NCBI GenBank assembly: GCA_038245785.1
Contig: JBBRSB010000004.1
Location: 64,001-128,000, forward strand
Reading direction: 5' to 3'
DNA: 64,000 bases
DNA from: Gloeobacterales cyanobacterium
GTDB taxonomy: Bacteria > Cyanobacteriota > Cyanobacteriia > Gloeobacterales > PMM-0068
Shown: positions 19,595-30,134 of the stretch, piece after piece
Numbering within the stretch: the stretch's first letter is position 1
Layout of the letters: each line of letters opens with the position of its first letter
Notes under the pieces: model-generated
The model's database searches: none
Told to the model about the DNA's origin: nothing
The model's input: the letters and a program-made list of their open reading frames with translations, nothing else
Made by a program: the position numbers and the translations under genes

Positions 19595-21502
19595 ATGGTC
19601 GTAAATACGACGAATGAACACCCTTTAAAAATTATGCCCTTGGGTGGCGTAGGTGAAATTGGCAAGAACACCTGGGCTTTTGAATATGAGGATGAAATTC
19701 TGCTGTTAGATGGCGGGCTTTCCTTTCCTACAGAAGATATGCATGGGGTAAACATTGTTTTGCCCGACATGACCTGGGTTCGAGAACATCAAGAACGCAT
19801 TGTCGGGATGGTAGTCACCCATGGACACGAAGACCACATTGGCGGCATCCCCTATCATCTACAGCGGATCAATATCCCTCGGATTATTATTCCTCGCTTG
19901 GCCAGAGCGCTTTTAGAAGGCAAGCTGCAAGAGACGGGGCTATTGGGTAGGACGGAGCTGGTTACCGCCCATCCCCGCGATGTCTTCCGGATAGGCAAAC
20001 ACTTTGAAGTCGAATATATCCAGAACACGCACTCCATAGCCGATAGCTATACCTTGGCCCTTCGTACCCCTGTCGGTGTACTGATCCACTCAGGCGATTT
20101 CAAATTTGACCATACGCCTGTCGATGGCCGTAAATTTGACTATCATCGCCTAGCTGAGTATGGAGAAGAGGGCGTACTCTGTCTGATTTCAGATTCCACT
20201 AATGCTGAACTGCCAGGGTTTACACCTTCAGAAATGTCCGTATTCCCAAATTTAGACAGGGAAGTAGCCAAGGCTAAAGGCCGAGTGATTATCACGACCT
20301 TTGCCTCTTCTGTCCATCGGGTCAACATGATCCTCCAGATTGCTCAGAAGCAGGGCCGTTTGGTAACCGCTTTGGGCCGTTCGATGCTAAATGTCTTGGC
20401 TCATGCCAAAAAACTGGGATTTATTGATTATCCAGAGAATCTCCTCGTTCCCATGAACGCGATCCGACAGTTGCCTGACGAAAAAGTTCTAATCCTGACC
20501 ACGGGATCTCAAGGAGAGCCTTTGGCGGCTCTGTCTCGAATAGCCCGCAACGAGCATCAACAGCTGCGCATTCGAGAAGGCGATACCGTTATCTTCTCCG
20601 CCAATCCGATTCCTGGAAATACCATCTCTGTAGTGCGCACCATCGACAGCCTGATCAAACTGGGCGCTAACGTAATTTATGGCAAAGACAAAGGCATCCA
20701 TGTGTCTGGTCACGGTGCAACCGAAGACCACAAGCTGATGATCGCTCTGACCAAACCCAAGTTCTTCTTCCCGGCCCATGGAGAACATCGGATGCTGCTA
20801 CGCCATGCCGATACGGCTGTCGCCATGGGCGTGCCTCGCGAGAATATGGTGATCACGGACAATGGAGACGTCGTAGAACTGACTCCAGACTCCATCCGCC
20901 TCCACGGTAAGATACCCAGTGGTATCGAACTTCTAGACAATTCCCGCAGTGGAATGGTATCTGACCATACGCTCAAAGAGCGCCAACGCATCGCCACCGA
21001 AGGAGTGATTTCTGTCGCCATAGCCTTGGATAGCCGGGGAGAAATCCTAGCTCGTCCAGAAATCGTGATCAAGGCTATGGCCCAAACCCAAGGAGATACG
21101 GCTACGTTGGAAGAACAAATCCGGGCAAAGGTGGTCAAAGTGATCAAAGAGCACTGGAATGAGTTCGTTTATACCGATGCTGCTATGAATACAGTCATCA
21201 GTCGCTCCAGTGGGGAAGATCGAGAAGACCAATATGTAGATTGGGATGGGATAAAAGCTCGCCTAGAAAAAGTGGTCCTCCAAGCCATCCGCGACCGAGT
21301 TTCCGGACGCCCCATGGTGTTGGTTCTGCTCCAGGTTTGCGAACCAACCTCACTCCCAGAAAAAGCTAAGCAGACTAATCCATCCATGTTTCTGCCTGTA
21401 GAAGCGGTTGAAGCTGCGAACGTTGAGATAGAATCTGGACGTCGTCGTAAACGTTCATCGACCACGGCGACAGCAGTACTGATGAAGGACTCTGTTTCAT
21501 AA
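19595..21502 (+). CDS. rnj: ribonuclease J
   Basis: PLGGVGEIGKN, THGHEDHIG, TGSQGEP, HVSGH. Confidence 0.96.
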   Translation: MVVNTTNEHPLKIMPLGGVGEIGKNTWAFEYEDEILLLDGGLSFPTEDMHGVNIVLPDMTWVREHQERIVGMVVTHGHEDHIGGIPYHLQRINIPRIIIPRLARALLEGKLQETGLLGRTELVTAHPRDVFRIGKHFEVEYIQNTHSIADSYTLALRTPVGVLIHSGDFKFDHTPVDGRKFDYHRLAEYGEEGVLCLISDSTNAELPGFTPSEMSVFPNLDREVAKAKGRVIITTFASSVHRVNMILQIAQKQGRLVTALGRSMLNVLAHAKKLGFIDYPENLLVPMNAIRQLPDEKVLILTTGSQGEPLAALSRIARNEHQQLRIREGDTVIFSANPIPGNTISVVRTIDSLIKLGANVIYGKDKGIHVSGHGATEDHKLMIALTKPKFFFPAHGEHRMLLRHADTAVAMGVPRENMVITDNGDVVELTPDSIRLHGKIPSGIELLDNSRSGMVSDHTLKERQRIATEGVISVAIALDSRGEILARPEIVIKAMAQTQGDTATLEEQIRAKVVKVIKEHWNEFVYTDAAMNTVISRSSGEDREDQYVDWDGIKARLEKVVLQAIRDRVSGRPMVLVLLQVCEPTSLPEKAKQTNPSMFLPVEAVEAANVEIESGRRRKRSSTTATAVLMKDSVS

Positions 21503-21535
21503 TCTTAGGCCTGACTTAGATACTTTACGGCCATA

Positions 21536-21571
21536 AAAACTCCTCTGAGTTCTGAAACTTGGAGGAGTTTT
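21536..21571. terminator. probable bidirectional terminator after rnj
   Basis: AAAACTCCTCTGAGTT...AACTTGGAGGAGTTTT inverted repeat. Confidence 0.7.
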
Positions 21572-21728
21572 TAGATCTATCGAGACTAAACCACTTTTCA
21601 TCATCTATCCCAGAAGAAAGTTCGAGGAAGGAAATGGTTAGTGGTTAGTTTCCCTCGCACATGCCCCTTTAGCGAGAAAGTTGATACAATTTCGGAGAAC
21701 TAACCCGAACGTTCTGGGAGAGTTGCTT

Positions 21729-22361
21729 ATGCCTATGCCTGCCGAAAACCAGACCACAAATGAGCCTCAAGAAAATATGACAGAATCTTCTCAAACCCCC
21801 CAATTAAATAGTGGAGACCTCGCGGGTGGAGGTAACATCGACAAAATCAGAGAGATTCTCTTTGGTTCTCAGATGCGCGATTATGAAAAAAGGTTCTCTC
21901 GACTAGAAGACCGTTTGCTCAAAGAATGTGCAAACCTGAAGGATGAAACTCGAAAGCGACTCGATACGCTGGAACATTTCATGCAACAGGAAGTAGAATC
22001 TCTAACCGAGCGGATGCGCGTAGGACAAGAAGCAGGTATTGAAGCAGCGAGGGAGATAACCAGAGAGGCTAATCAAGAGCTCGCCCAAGAATTAAGAAAT
22101 ACGGTGAAATCTCTAGACCGACGAGTTAGTCATCTTGATGACCAAAGCACCAAGAACCAACGAGAAATCCGTCAGCAATTGTTAGAACAATCCAAAAATC
22201 TCGGTGATGATATTCAACAGAAATATTTAGAGATTTTATCTATGCTTGAGCAAGAGGCCCTGGAGTTGCGTACTGATAAAACAGACCGTGCGACGCTGGC
22301 TGCGCTTTTTACAGAGATGGCCATGCGGCTTAATCACGAATTCACTTTGCCTAGTGAATAG
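21729..22361 (+). CDS. coiled-coil protein, first gene of the GTPase operon
   Basis: IDKIREILFGSQMRDYEKRF...KTDRATLAALFTEMAMRL; heptad-rich. Confidence 0.8.
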   Translation: MPMPAENQTTNEPQENMTESSQTPQLNSGDLAGGGNIDKIREILFGSQMRDYEKRFSRLEDRLLKECANLKDETRKRLDTLEHFMQQEVESLTERMRVGQEAGIEAAREITREANQELAQELRNTVKSLDRRVSHLDDQSTKNQREIRQQLLEQSKNLGDDIQQKYLEILSMLEQEALELRTDKTDRATLAALFTEMAMRLNHEFTLPSE

Positions 22362-22390
22362 AGAAAATAGGGAAATAGCGAGGGATAGTA

Positions 22391-23764
22391 ATGGCTGATT
22401 TCACCCGTGAAGTCCCCGAGAATAACCTCAATCACAATGCAGACAGTGATGAACTATCAGCACTGCGTGACTTGCTTTTCTCCCCTGAGCAAAACCAATT
22501 GGGTGAACTCCGGCAGCGTCTTGATGACCCTAAACGTTATGCGGAGGATGTCAGTCGAGTCCTACCGGAATCCATTCTCTTGAGAGCAAGTCAGGATAAG
22601 CAGCTAACCAATGCTTTGATGCCTACAGTTGAAGAAGCGCTCCAGATTTCTGTTCAAAGAAACCCTAGAATTTTAACGGATGCCATTTTTCCGATCATTG
22701 GTCCGGCTATTCGCAGGGCAATTACCAGTGCAATTCAGAATTTGATCCAGTCTTTGAACGAAACCCTGGATTCCAGCTTCTCGCCCAGGGGCCTGCAATG
22801 GCGGTTGGAAGCGCTACGAACAGGCAAGTCTTTTGCAGAAATTGTTCTTCTCAGGACCCTGCGCTACCGAGTTGAGCAGGTTTTTCTCATTCATCGGAAA
22901 ACGGGTTTGCTCCTCCAAACTGTAGTAGCAGAAGCCATTACCAGCCAAGATGCCGATATGGTCTCAAGTATGCTCACCGCCATCCAGGATTTTGTCAGAG
23001 ATTCTTTTGGCATCCAGCAAGACGATACACTGGGGACCATGCAGGTTGGCGAACTTACGGTATGGATTGAGCAAGGTCCTGAAGCTTTAATGGCCGGTGT
23101 CATTCGCGGAACTGCACCAGAAGAACTAAGACTCGTTTTTCAAGAGGCCCTAGAAACTATTCACGTTGAAAGGAAAGAAGATTTAGCTTCATTCCAAGGG
23201 GATAGTGCTCCCTTTGATGCCTGCAGACCGATTCTGGAAATATGCCTTCAGCAAGTGCAGCAGCGAACGGAAGTGAAAAAGTCATCTCCGGCCCTATGGA
23301 TTCTGGCTAGTGTGCTAGTGGTTGGAGCGAGCATTTTGTTCTTTTTTGTCTTTCAGAAAAACCAAGAAAACCAAAAATGGGTGAGCTACCTTGAAAAACT
23401 AAGAATGCAACCAGGTTTGGTAGTGCTCGCTACCACTGAATATCATGGAAAATATAACCTTATCGGATTACGGGATCCTCTTGCTATCGATCCTGCAAGC
23501 CTTTTGCAAGATAGCGCCCTAAACCCAGCCTCTGTGTATAGCCGCTGGGAGCTCTATCAATCCTCAGAGCCAGCCTTTGTTCTCACGAGGGCAAAGGAAC
23601 TGCTGCAACCCCCGCCCACGGTCAGCCTGAGCCTTAAAGATGGTACCCTCTATGCCAAGGGCTCTGCCCCCCAGTCATGGGTCAAAGATGCGCGCAAACT
23701 GGTAAGACTCCTACCAGGAGTCGTGCACTTTCAGGAAGACTTAAAGGGTGCACCACCCACATAG
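22391..23764 (+). CDS. single-pass membrane protein with cytoplasmic longin/roadblock-like segment and BON-like extracytoplasmic end
   Basis: VEQVFLIHRKTGLLL...DMVSSMLTAIQDFVRDSF...LTVWIEQG; TM ALWILASVLVVGASILFFFVF; PPPTVSLSLKDGTLYAKGSAP. Confidence 0.7.
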   Translation: MADFTREVPENNLNHNADSDELSALRDLLFSPEQNQLGELRQRLDDPKRYAEDVSRVLPESILLRASQDKQLTNALMPTVEEALQISVQRNPRILTDAIFPIIGPAIRRAITSAIQNLIQSLNETLDSSFSPRGLQWRLEALRTGKSFAEIVLLRTLRYRVEQVFLIHRKTGLLLQTVVAEAITSQDADMVSSMLTAIQDFVRDSFGIQQDDTLGTMQVGELTVWIEQGPEALMAGVIRGTAPEELRLVFQEALETIHVERKEDLASFQGDSAPFDACRPILEICLQQVQQRTEVKKSSPALWILASVLVVGASILFFFVFQKNQENQKWVSYLEKLRMQPGLVVLATTEYHGKYNLIGLRDPLAIDPASLLQDSALNPASVYSRWELYQSSEPAFVLTRAKELLQPPPTVSLSLKDGTLYAKGSAPQSWVKDARKLVRLLPGVVHFQEDLKGAPPT

Positions 23765-23839
23765 GGTTTGTCTAAGGGAACAGTATAATCATTTAACCGT
23801 ATCTACCTATATAGTCTTACACGCTGGATGCCCTAGCTC

Positions 23840-24331
23840 ATGATTCAGAAAAAAATATGTATGGTAGGAGCTTCCGCCGTCGGAAAAACCAGTTTAGTAA
23901 GCCGTTTTGTTAAAAGCATCTATTCGGATATTTACCATGCCTCCATAGGCGTCAAGATTGATAAAAAAACGTTAACGGTGGGGGAGCAGGAGCTTAGTCT
24001 AATGCTCTGGGATATCGCTGGAGAAGACGAATTTCAGAAGATTACAATCTCCTATCTGAAAGGATCTTCAGGATATATCCTTGTGGTCGATGGGACGCGT
24101 AAGGAAACTCTCTATCGGGCCATAGATCTGCAAGCAAGAGTAGAGGAGGCTATAGGTCCGTCTCCCTTCGTTGTATTGATCAACAAGTCTGACCTGGAAA
24201 AGCAGTGGCAAGTTACGCCCGAGATGATCAAGCAACTCGCTGAAAAGGGCTGGACCGTCTTGCTGGGGAGCGCAAAAACTGGACTGGGCGTTGAAGATGC
24301 CTTTCTCACCCTTGGTAAGGCGATGCTTTGA
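23840..24331 (+). CDS. Rab/Ras-like small GTPase
   Basis: G1 GASAVGKTS, G3 WDIAG, G4 NKSD, G5 SAK; 163 aa stand-alone. Confidence 0.93.
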   Translation: MIQKKICMVGASAVGKTSLVSRFVKSIYSDIYHASIGVKIDKKTLTVGEQELSLMLWDIAGEDEFQKITISYLKGSSGYILVVDGTRKETLYRAIDLQARVEEAIGPSPFVVLINKSDLEKQWQVTPEMIKQLAEKGWTVLLGSAKTGLGVEDAFLTLGKAML

Positions 24332-24345
24332 GAGCCCATCGCAAA

Positions 24346-25023
24346 TCACAGCCTACGACAAGCCCGTACGACTCTACCCAGAATGACGGACTTCTCAGCC
24401 AACTCAGACACACTCATCGTCCAAGGCTCATAGGAAGCGTTATCACTACTCACCCTAATCGTATCGGCTGCAATACGCTGTAGACGTTTGATCAACAATA
24501 CGTTCTCGATTTGCAAAACATAGATCCCGTCATGCACGGCCGTAGCGTGGAGATTAGCTAAAACAATATCTCCTGGGTAGAGAGTCGGCTTCATGCTTTC
24601 TCCCTCCACGTAGAACAGTTTTAGATCTTGAGGCTTAGCATGCAGCTGAGAGAGCCAACTCTTTTTGATCGCTAGAGGCTCCTCAACCGCAGTTTCCTTA
24701 TCATCAGGAGCCAGGTAAAGAGAAATGAGCGCATAATCATCTAGACTAGCCAGGTACTCCGTGGCATTAGGAGTAGACCGCTCCTCTGGAGTACCCATGA
24801 GAAGCCAGGCCGGATTGACCCCGTAGCGTTCACAAATGCGCATCAGCAGAGCAGAATCAGGCAATCGCTCTTCTTTCTCATACCTGATTAACGTGTTTTT
24901 GTGTACTCCCAGCGATTGGGCGAACTCAGCCTGGGTAAAGCGGCCTCGGACCTGTGCAATACGAAAACCAATCCCACGAGGCTTGGACGGATTGGAAGAA
25001 TTAGAGGAAGAAAGGCTGGTCAT
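24346..25023 (-). CDS. phage CI-like repressor (XRE HTH + S24 peptidase)
   Basis: TQAEFAQSLGVHKNTLIRYE HTH; VEGESMKPTL and IKRL S24 Ser/Lys motifs. Confidence 0.92.
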   Translation of the reverse strand: MTSLSSSNSSNPSKPRGIGFRIAQVRGRFTQAEFAQSLGVHKNTLIRYEKEERLPDSALLMRICERYGVNPAWLLMGTPEERSTPNATEYLASLDDYALISLYLAPDDKETAVEEPLAIKKSWLSQLHAKPQDLKLFYVEGESMKPTLYPGDIVLANLHATAVHDGIYVLQIENVLLIKRLQRIAADTIRVSSDNASYEPWTMSVSELAEKSVILGRVVRACRRL

Positions 25024-25137
25024 GATGTTACAAAGTTTTCTGCTGAGGTTTCTACGGAAGAATAAGAATCCAATCGAGTATTAAATAGACCCCAAATGGA
25101 GGTAACATGGCATCTGCAAGGATTATAGAATCTATCC

Positions 25138-25440
25138 ATGACGAATAAAGAAAATAATAAAGAAGAAGCTTGTGAAGATTGGCACCCTGCTGACGTAAAA
25201 GCTGCCCTAGAGAAACGGGGATGGTCTCTCTCCAAGCTATCCAAGGCACACGGTTATAAACGGGGCAGTGCCGCAAAAGCTCTGTACCACCCCTGGCCGA
25301 GAATGGAGCGCATCATCGCCAAAGTCTTAGATTTAGAACCATGGCAGGTTTGGCCATCACGCTATAACGAATCTGGCTCTTCCAATCGTGGTCCTGGGGG
25401 ACGTCCTCCGTATATTCATTCTGCCACGATTGATGGTTGA
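25138..25440 (+). CDS. Ner/Nlp (SfsB)-family DNA-binding protein
   Basis: DWHPADVKAALEKRGWSLSKLS...PWPRMERIIA..L..EP..VWPSRY. Confidence 0.92.
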   Translation: MTNKENNKEEACEDWHPADVKAALEKRGWSLSKLSKAHGYKRGSAAKALYHPWPRMERIIAKVLDLEPWQVWPSRYNESGSSNRGPGGRPPYIHSATIDG

Positions 25441-25675
25441 AAAGGCTGACCGTTACAATAAAAAACGCGCTTCTGAAGCTGTAGTGTTGATAAACATCAA
25501 TTTTAGGTAATTTAGCTATTAGAAGCTACATGCGATACACTCGTCTTAGAATTTATATGTTTATAAAATTTTGACAGCTCTCGTTCAGATAAGCATATGG
25601 GGCCATACTTAGGATCATTACGACTTGACGGTGCTGGGTAAGAAGGCTAGAACGCTTTATATAGAGATAAGATGA

Positions 25676-28600
25676 ATGCCTATCACGCCCCTCCCAAAGA
25701 ATGAGCAGGAACGGCTAGCAGCACTCCATCGCTACAATATCCTGGACACAGCGCCAGAAGAAGCTTTTGATCGCATTACAGCGCTTGCCGCTCGCTTATT
25801 TTCCGTCTCTATCGTGGCGGTCAGCTTGTCGGATCGTGAACGCCAATGGTTTAAGTCTTGTCAGGGTCTTGAGGTCGATCAAATAGACCGTCCCATAGCT
25901 TTCTGTTCATACGCTCTCTTATCTCCCAAGACTCTGATTGTTCCTGATGCCCATCTTGACTGTCGCTTTGCAGACAATCCCTTAGTGATAGGAGGACCAA
26001 AAGTACGGTTCTATGCCGGAGCAACCCTACGCACTAAAGATGGATATCAGCTTGGGACTTTCTGTATTGCTGATCAAAAACCACGCAGCCTATCATCACA
26101 GGAACAAGCGAACCTAGAAGACCTTGCAGCTATTGTAATGAATCAGATAGAGCAAAGATTATTCATTGAGAAAGTAGCCCAGACAGAACGAGCATTAAAG
26201 CGATCTGATACCAATTTAAAGGCTATCTTTGATAACAGTTCACAATCATTTGTATTGATTGATAGAGAACATAAGATTCAAGCATTTAATAAAATAGCTA
26301 ATAAAAGAGCAAAACTTATTTTCAATAGGAGACTCAGGGAAGGAGATTCTATCTACAACTTTGTGATTGACTCTGATCTAGATGATTTCAATAGAGACTT
26401 TAATAGTGCTCTGTGTGGGAACCCAGTAAAAATTGAACGAGAAATCCCTTCTAGTACGGGAGAAGGCCACTGGTTTGAGTTTGACTATAGCCCTGTTTTC
26501 GAAGAAGGAAAAGCGATCGGAGTTTGCTTGAGCGTCCTCAGTATCAATGAAAGGAAAAAAGCGATTTGGGCACTTGCTGAGAGCGAAGAACGATTCCGTT
26601 CTCTAGTCCAGAACTCCTCAGACATCATCACGATTCTCAAAGAAGATGGAACCATAAATTATGGCAGTCCGTCTATTCAAAGAATTTTGGGGTACCAGCC
26701 GGAAGACTTGGTAGGAAAGAATCTATTTTCCTATGTACATCCAGAAGATGCTCCAGCCGTACAATCTATCTTTTCCACGGCGAGTCAACAAATGGGTATC
26801 CCGATAACAATGGAATTTCGGTTTATTCGCATTGATGGATCTTGGCGATATTTAGAAGCGATTGCAAATAGCTACATTGCAGACTCCTCCTTCCAAGGAG
26901 TGATTGTCAACTACCGAGATGTAACGGAGCGCAAAAAAGTAGAAGAAGCACTCCTCGAAAGTGAAGAGCGCTATCGTTTCTTAGCAGAGAACGTGACCGA
27001 TATTATTTGGACACGAGACATGGAGCTGAAGTATACGTACATCAGTTCTTCTGTTCAGCGGGCCCGTGGCTATACTGTCGTAGAAAGTATGTCTCAAGGG
27101 ATTACAGAGATACTAACGCCTTCTTCTCGCGAGTTAGCTATCAAAAGCTTACAGGAAGAACTGGAACTGGAAAGAATGGGAGCTCCACTTTGGAGATCGC
27201 GAACCCTAGATCTGGAATATATCTGTAAAGATGGCTCAAAGATCTGGGGTGAGACTTCCATGGTTTTCCTGCGTGATGATAAGGGGGAAACAATCGGAAT
27301 TTTAGGTGTGGTTCGTGACATTACTGAGCGTAGAAGAGCTGAAGAAGCTTTGCGGAAAATTGAAGCTAGAGATAGAGCATTTTTGAATGCCATTCCAGAT
27401 TTAATGTTAGGCATTAGTAAAGAGGGGAAGTACATAGATTTTTTGGGTTCAAATACAAAGGGAGGCCAAGAAAGTTCTTACGCTCGTATATTTCTTGGAG
27501 AGAGTGTCTATGAAGCTTTGCCTTCAGAAGTTGCGCAGCGCATGATGAATGCGGTGGACCAAGCCTTAAACTCTGGGGAAACCCAAATCTTTGAATATCG
27601 GCTTTCTGCGGAAAGTGAGATACATGATTATGAAGCCCGTATCGTGGTTAGTGGAGAAAATGAAGTCCTCTCGATTATCCGAGATATTACAGAACGAAAA
27701 CAACTGGAGCGAGAACTCATTGCCGCAAGAGAAGAAGCCCTAGAGGGAGCACGAATTAAAGCGCAATTTCTTGCCAATATGAGTCATGAAATTCGCACTC
27801 CAATGAATGCCGTTATTGGCATGTCAAGCTTATTGTTAGATACTGAACTAAGCGCAGAGCAACGAGACTATGCTGAAACAGTGCGCTATTCCGGTGAGGC
27901 TTTGCTCACCGTAATTAATGATATTCTCGATTTTTCCAAGATAGAAGCTGGCAAGCTTGAAATCGAAGTCATTGATTTTGATCTTAGTCGAGCCGTTGAA
28001 GATATAACAGCATTACTGGCAGAACAAGCTAGTCGTAAAGGATTAGAACTAGGTTGTTTAGTCTATGGCAATGTGCCTAAAATGCTTAGGGGAGATCCTG
28101 GTAGGCTCTGCCAAATTCTTATTAATATCCTCAACAATGCGATCAAGTTCACGAAACAGGGAAACGTTACGCTTTCCGTTAAACTAATCGAAGAAACAGA
28201 GCATCAGGTACTCTTACGCTTTGAGGTTAAAGATACAGGGATTGGAATTAGCCCTAAAGAGCAGAGTCGCTTGTTTAAACCATTTTCTCAGGCAGACAGT
28301 TCAACCACGCGCAGGTATGGTGGGACAGGGCTGGGGCTGGCTATTTCTAAACAACTTGTGGACCTCATGGAAGGAGAAATTGGGGTTGAAAGTGCTCTTG
28401 CTCAAGGAACTACCTTTTGGTTTGCATTACCTTTAGAAAAACAACCTGAAACGCCCCAATCAGTCATTCCTTCTCCTGATATAGTCCTTAAGGGATTGCG
28501 CGTACTTATTGTTGATGACAACGCAACGAACCGTAAAGTTTTGGCTCATCAGCTGACTTATTGGGAGGTGCTTTATGACGAAGTAGAAGGCGGTCTCCAG

Positions 28601-29329
28601 GCTTTAGAACGGCTTCGAACCTCTGGCCTCACCTACGACTTAGTCATTTTGGATTTGATGATGCCCGACATGGATGGTATCCAATTGACGCACCTGATCA
28701 AAGCAGACTTAGCGCTGTCTGATATTCCCCTGATCTTGCTCGCCTCTTTCCGAGAACGGGGAGACGTAGAAACTGTCAAGCAAGCCGGGATCGCTACTTA
28801 TCTGACCAAACCTGTGCGTCAATCCCAATTATTTAGTGCAATAGTGCAAGCACTGGGGCACACTAGCCCGCTCATATCCTATATGCCCGCGCCCATATCT
28901 CCTCCTCTTGTGGAAGGGGTTAAAAAAGCTAACAAAGCCATATCCCAGAGCCTGATCTTGGTGGCTGAAGACAACGTTATCAACCAACGAGTAGCGGTAC
29001 GCCAGTTAGACCGATTAGGATATCGGGCTGATGTAGTGGCCAATGGGCTGGAAGTCCTAGAAGCTCTAGCCCACACACCCTATGCTCTAGTGCTAATGGA
29101 TTGCCACATGCCAGAGATGGACGGGTTTGAGGCAACCGCAGCTATTCGTGAAAAAGAAGGTGCTCACCACACTATCATTGTGGCCATGACAGCCAGTGCC
29201 ATGCGGGGAGAGCGAGAAAACTGCCTGCAAGCAGGAATGGATGACTATATTGCCAAGCCTGTAAAGTTAGAAGAGCTTATCTCTGTGCTTGAACGCTGGA
29301 TCCCGCCAGGCCTCCCTGAGATGTTGTGA
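25676..29329 (+). CDS. hybrid sensor histidine kinase (GAF, multiple PAS, HisKA-HATPase, two receivers)
   Basis: [21 protein letters not shown] repeats; [21 protein letters not shown]; two REC domains. Confidence 0.95.
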   Translation: MPITPLPKNEQERLAALHRYNILDTAPEEAFDRITALAARLFSVSIVAVSLSDRERQWFKSCQGLEVDQIDRPIAFCSYALLSPKTLIVPDAHLDCRFADNPLVIGGPKVRFYAGATLRTKDGYQLGTFCIADQKPRSLSSQEQANLEDLAAIVMNQIEQRLFIEKVAQTERALKRSDTNLKAIFDNSSQSFVLIDREHKIQAFNKIANKRAKLIFNRRLREGDSIYNFVIDSDLDDFNRDFNSALCGNPVKIEREIPSSTGEGHWFEFDYSPVFEEGKAIGVCLSVLSINERKKAIWALAESEERFRSLVQNSSDIITILKEDGTINYGSPSIQRILGYQPEDLVGKNLFSYVHPEDAPAVQSIFSTASQQMGIPITMEFRFIRIDGSWRYLEAIANSYIADSSFQGVIVNYRDVTERKKVEEALLESEERYRFLAENVTDIIWTRDMELKYTYISSSVQRARGYTVVESMSQGITEILTPSSRELAIKSLQEELELERMGAPLWRSRTLDLEYICKDGSKIWGETSMVFLRDDKGETIGILGVVRDITERRRAEEALRKIEARDRAFLNAIPDLMLGISKEGKYIDFLGSNTKGGQESSYARIFLGESVYEALPSEVAQRMMNAVDQALNSGETQIFEYRLSAESEIHDYEARIVVSGENEVLSIIRDITERKQLERELIAAREEALEGARIKAQFLANMSHEIRTPMNAVIGMSSLLLDTELSAEQRDYAETVRYSGEALLTVINDILDFSKIEAGKLEIEVIDFDLSRAVEDITALLAEQASRKGLELGCLVYGNVPKMLRGDPGRLCQILINILNNAIKFTKQGNVTLSVKLIEETEHQVLLRFEVKDTGIGISPKEQSRLFKPFSQADSSTTRRYGGTGLGLAISKQLVDLMEGEIGVESALAQGTTFWFALPLEKQPETPQSVIPSPDIVLKGLRVLIVDDNATNRKVLAHQLTYWEVLYDEVEGGLQALERLRTSGLTYDLVILDLMMPDMDGIQLTHLIKADLALSDIPLILLASFRERGDVETVKQAGIATYLTKPVRQSQLFSAIVQALGHTSPLISYMPAPISPPLVEGVKKANKAISQSLILVAEDNVINQRVAVRQLDRLGYRADVVANGLEVLEALAHTPYALVLMDCHMPEMDGFEATAAIREKEGAHHTIIVAMTASAMRGERENCLQAGMDDYIAKPVKLEELISVLERWIPPGLPEML

Positions 29330-29390
29330 AGTTATATTAAAATCCCTAAAGACTTGTGGCATGATCTAAGGTAGTGTTCCTAAAAATGTC

Positions 29391-29726
29391 ATGCCTACTA
29401 TCCGTATTTTTGGTAGAGAAGTTTACTGTGACCGGGGAGACAACCTCCGTATGGTCTTACTCAATAACAAAGTTGACCTCTATAATGGAGCCGCCAAAAC
29501 TATCAACTGCCAAGGTTTAGGGACGTGTGGCACCTGCGCTGTAGAGATTACGGGAACAGTAAGTGAGCCGTCTGCCATGGAACAGCTGCGTGCCCCCTTG
29601 CTCAAAAATCGTCGTTTGGCTTGTCAGACATCGGTCTTAGGCGATATTGATATCAAGAAATATCAAGGTTTTTGGGGCCTAGGAAAGGAAGAGAAGCAGA
29701 AAGAGAAGCCAGCAGTAAGTAGATAA
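29391..29726 (+). CDS. 2Fe-2S ferredoxin-type protein
   Basis: NCQGLGTCGTC...RLACQ. Confidence 0.9.
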   Translation: MPTIRIFGREVYCDRGDNLRMVLLNNKVDLYNGAAKTINCQGLGTCGTCAVEITGTVSEPSAMEQLRAPLLKNRRLACQTSVLGDIDIKKYQGFWGLGKEEKQKEKPAVSR

Positions 29727-29841
29727 AGCCTGAGTTCTAGGTACGGGGATCAGTACAGAATCTTTAACTGAGGAAAATACGGGGTCCCCGATGTACCTCT
29801 CTTTCGTTAATATGTTTACAATAAGCCGTAGGGAAGACTCA

Positions 29842-30054
29842 ATGTTCGTATTCCTGTATTTGGTGGCCTTTGTTGGCCTAGGCGTAGCAGCTTTTTTTCT
29901 GATGGGAAAAGGTTTTTCAGCTGCTCGTCCTCAACAAAAAAATCAAGCGAAGCCTCAATTTACACCCCATCCTGAGATGGAAGGCGAAACTACGGCTTAC
30001 TACATCAAGTTCACTTCTCGCGAGGAACAGTCTCGAGACTTACGAGACCTATAG
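29842..30054 (+). CDS. small membrane protein (DUF2973-like)
   Basis: N-terminal TM (FLYLVAFVGLGVAAF) and PHPEM motif. Confidence 0.6.
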   Translation: MFVFLYLVAFVGLGVAAFFLMGKGFSAARPQQKNQAKPQFTPHPEMEGETTAYYIKFTSREEQSRDLRDL

Positions 30055-30134
30055 GCAGGCGCTTATACTAGAGGAAGTGCTGGAGAATAACCGTAGACCC
30101 TGAAGTTTCTATTGCAACTAGAGTTCATCAGCAG

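Noticed and set aside
24346..29329. Prophage
   Set aside because: Only the repressor and ner genes are present; no transposase, terminase or structural genes.
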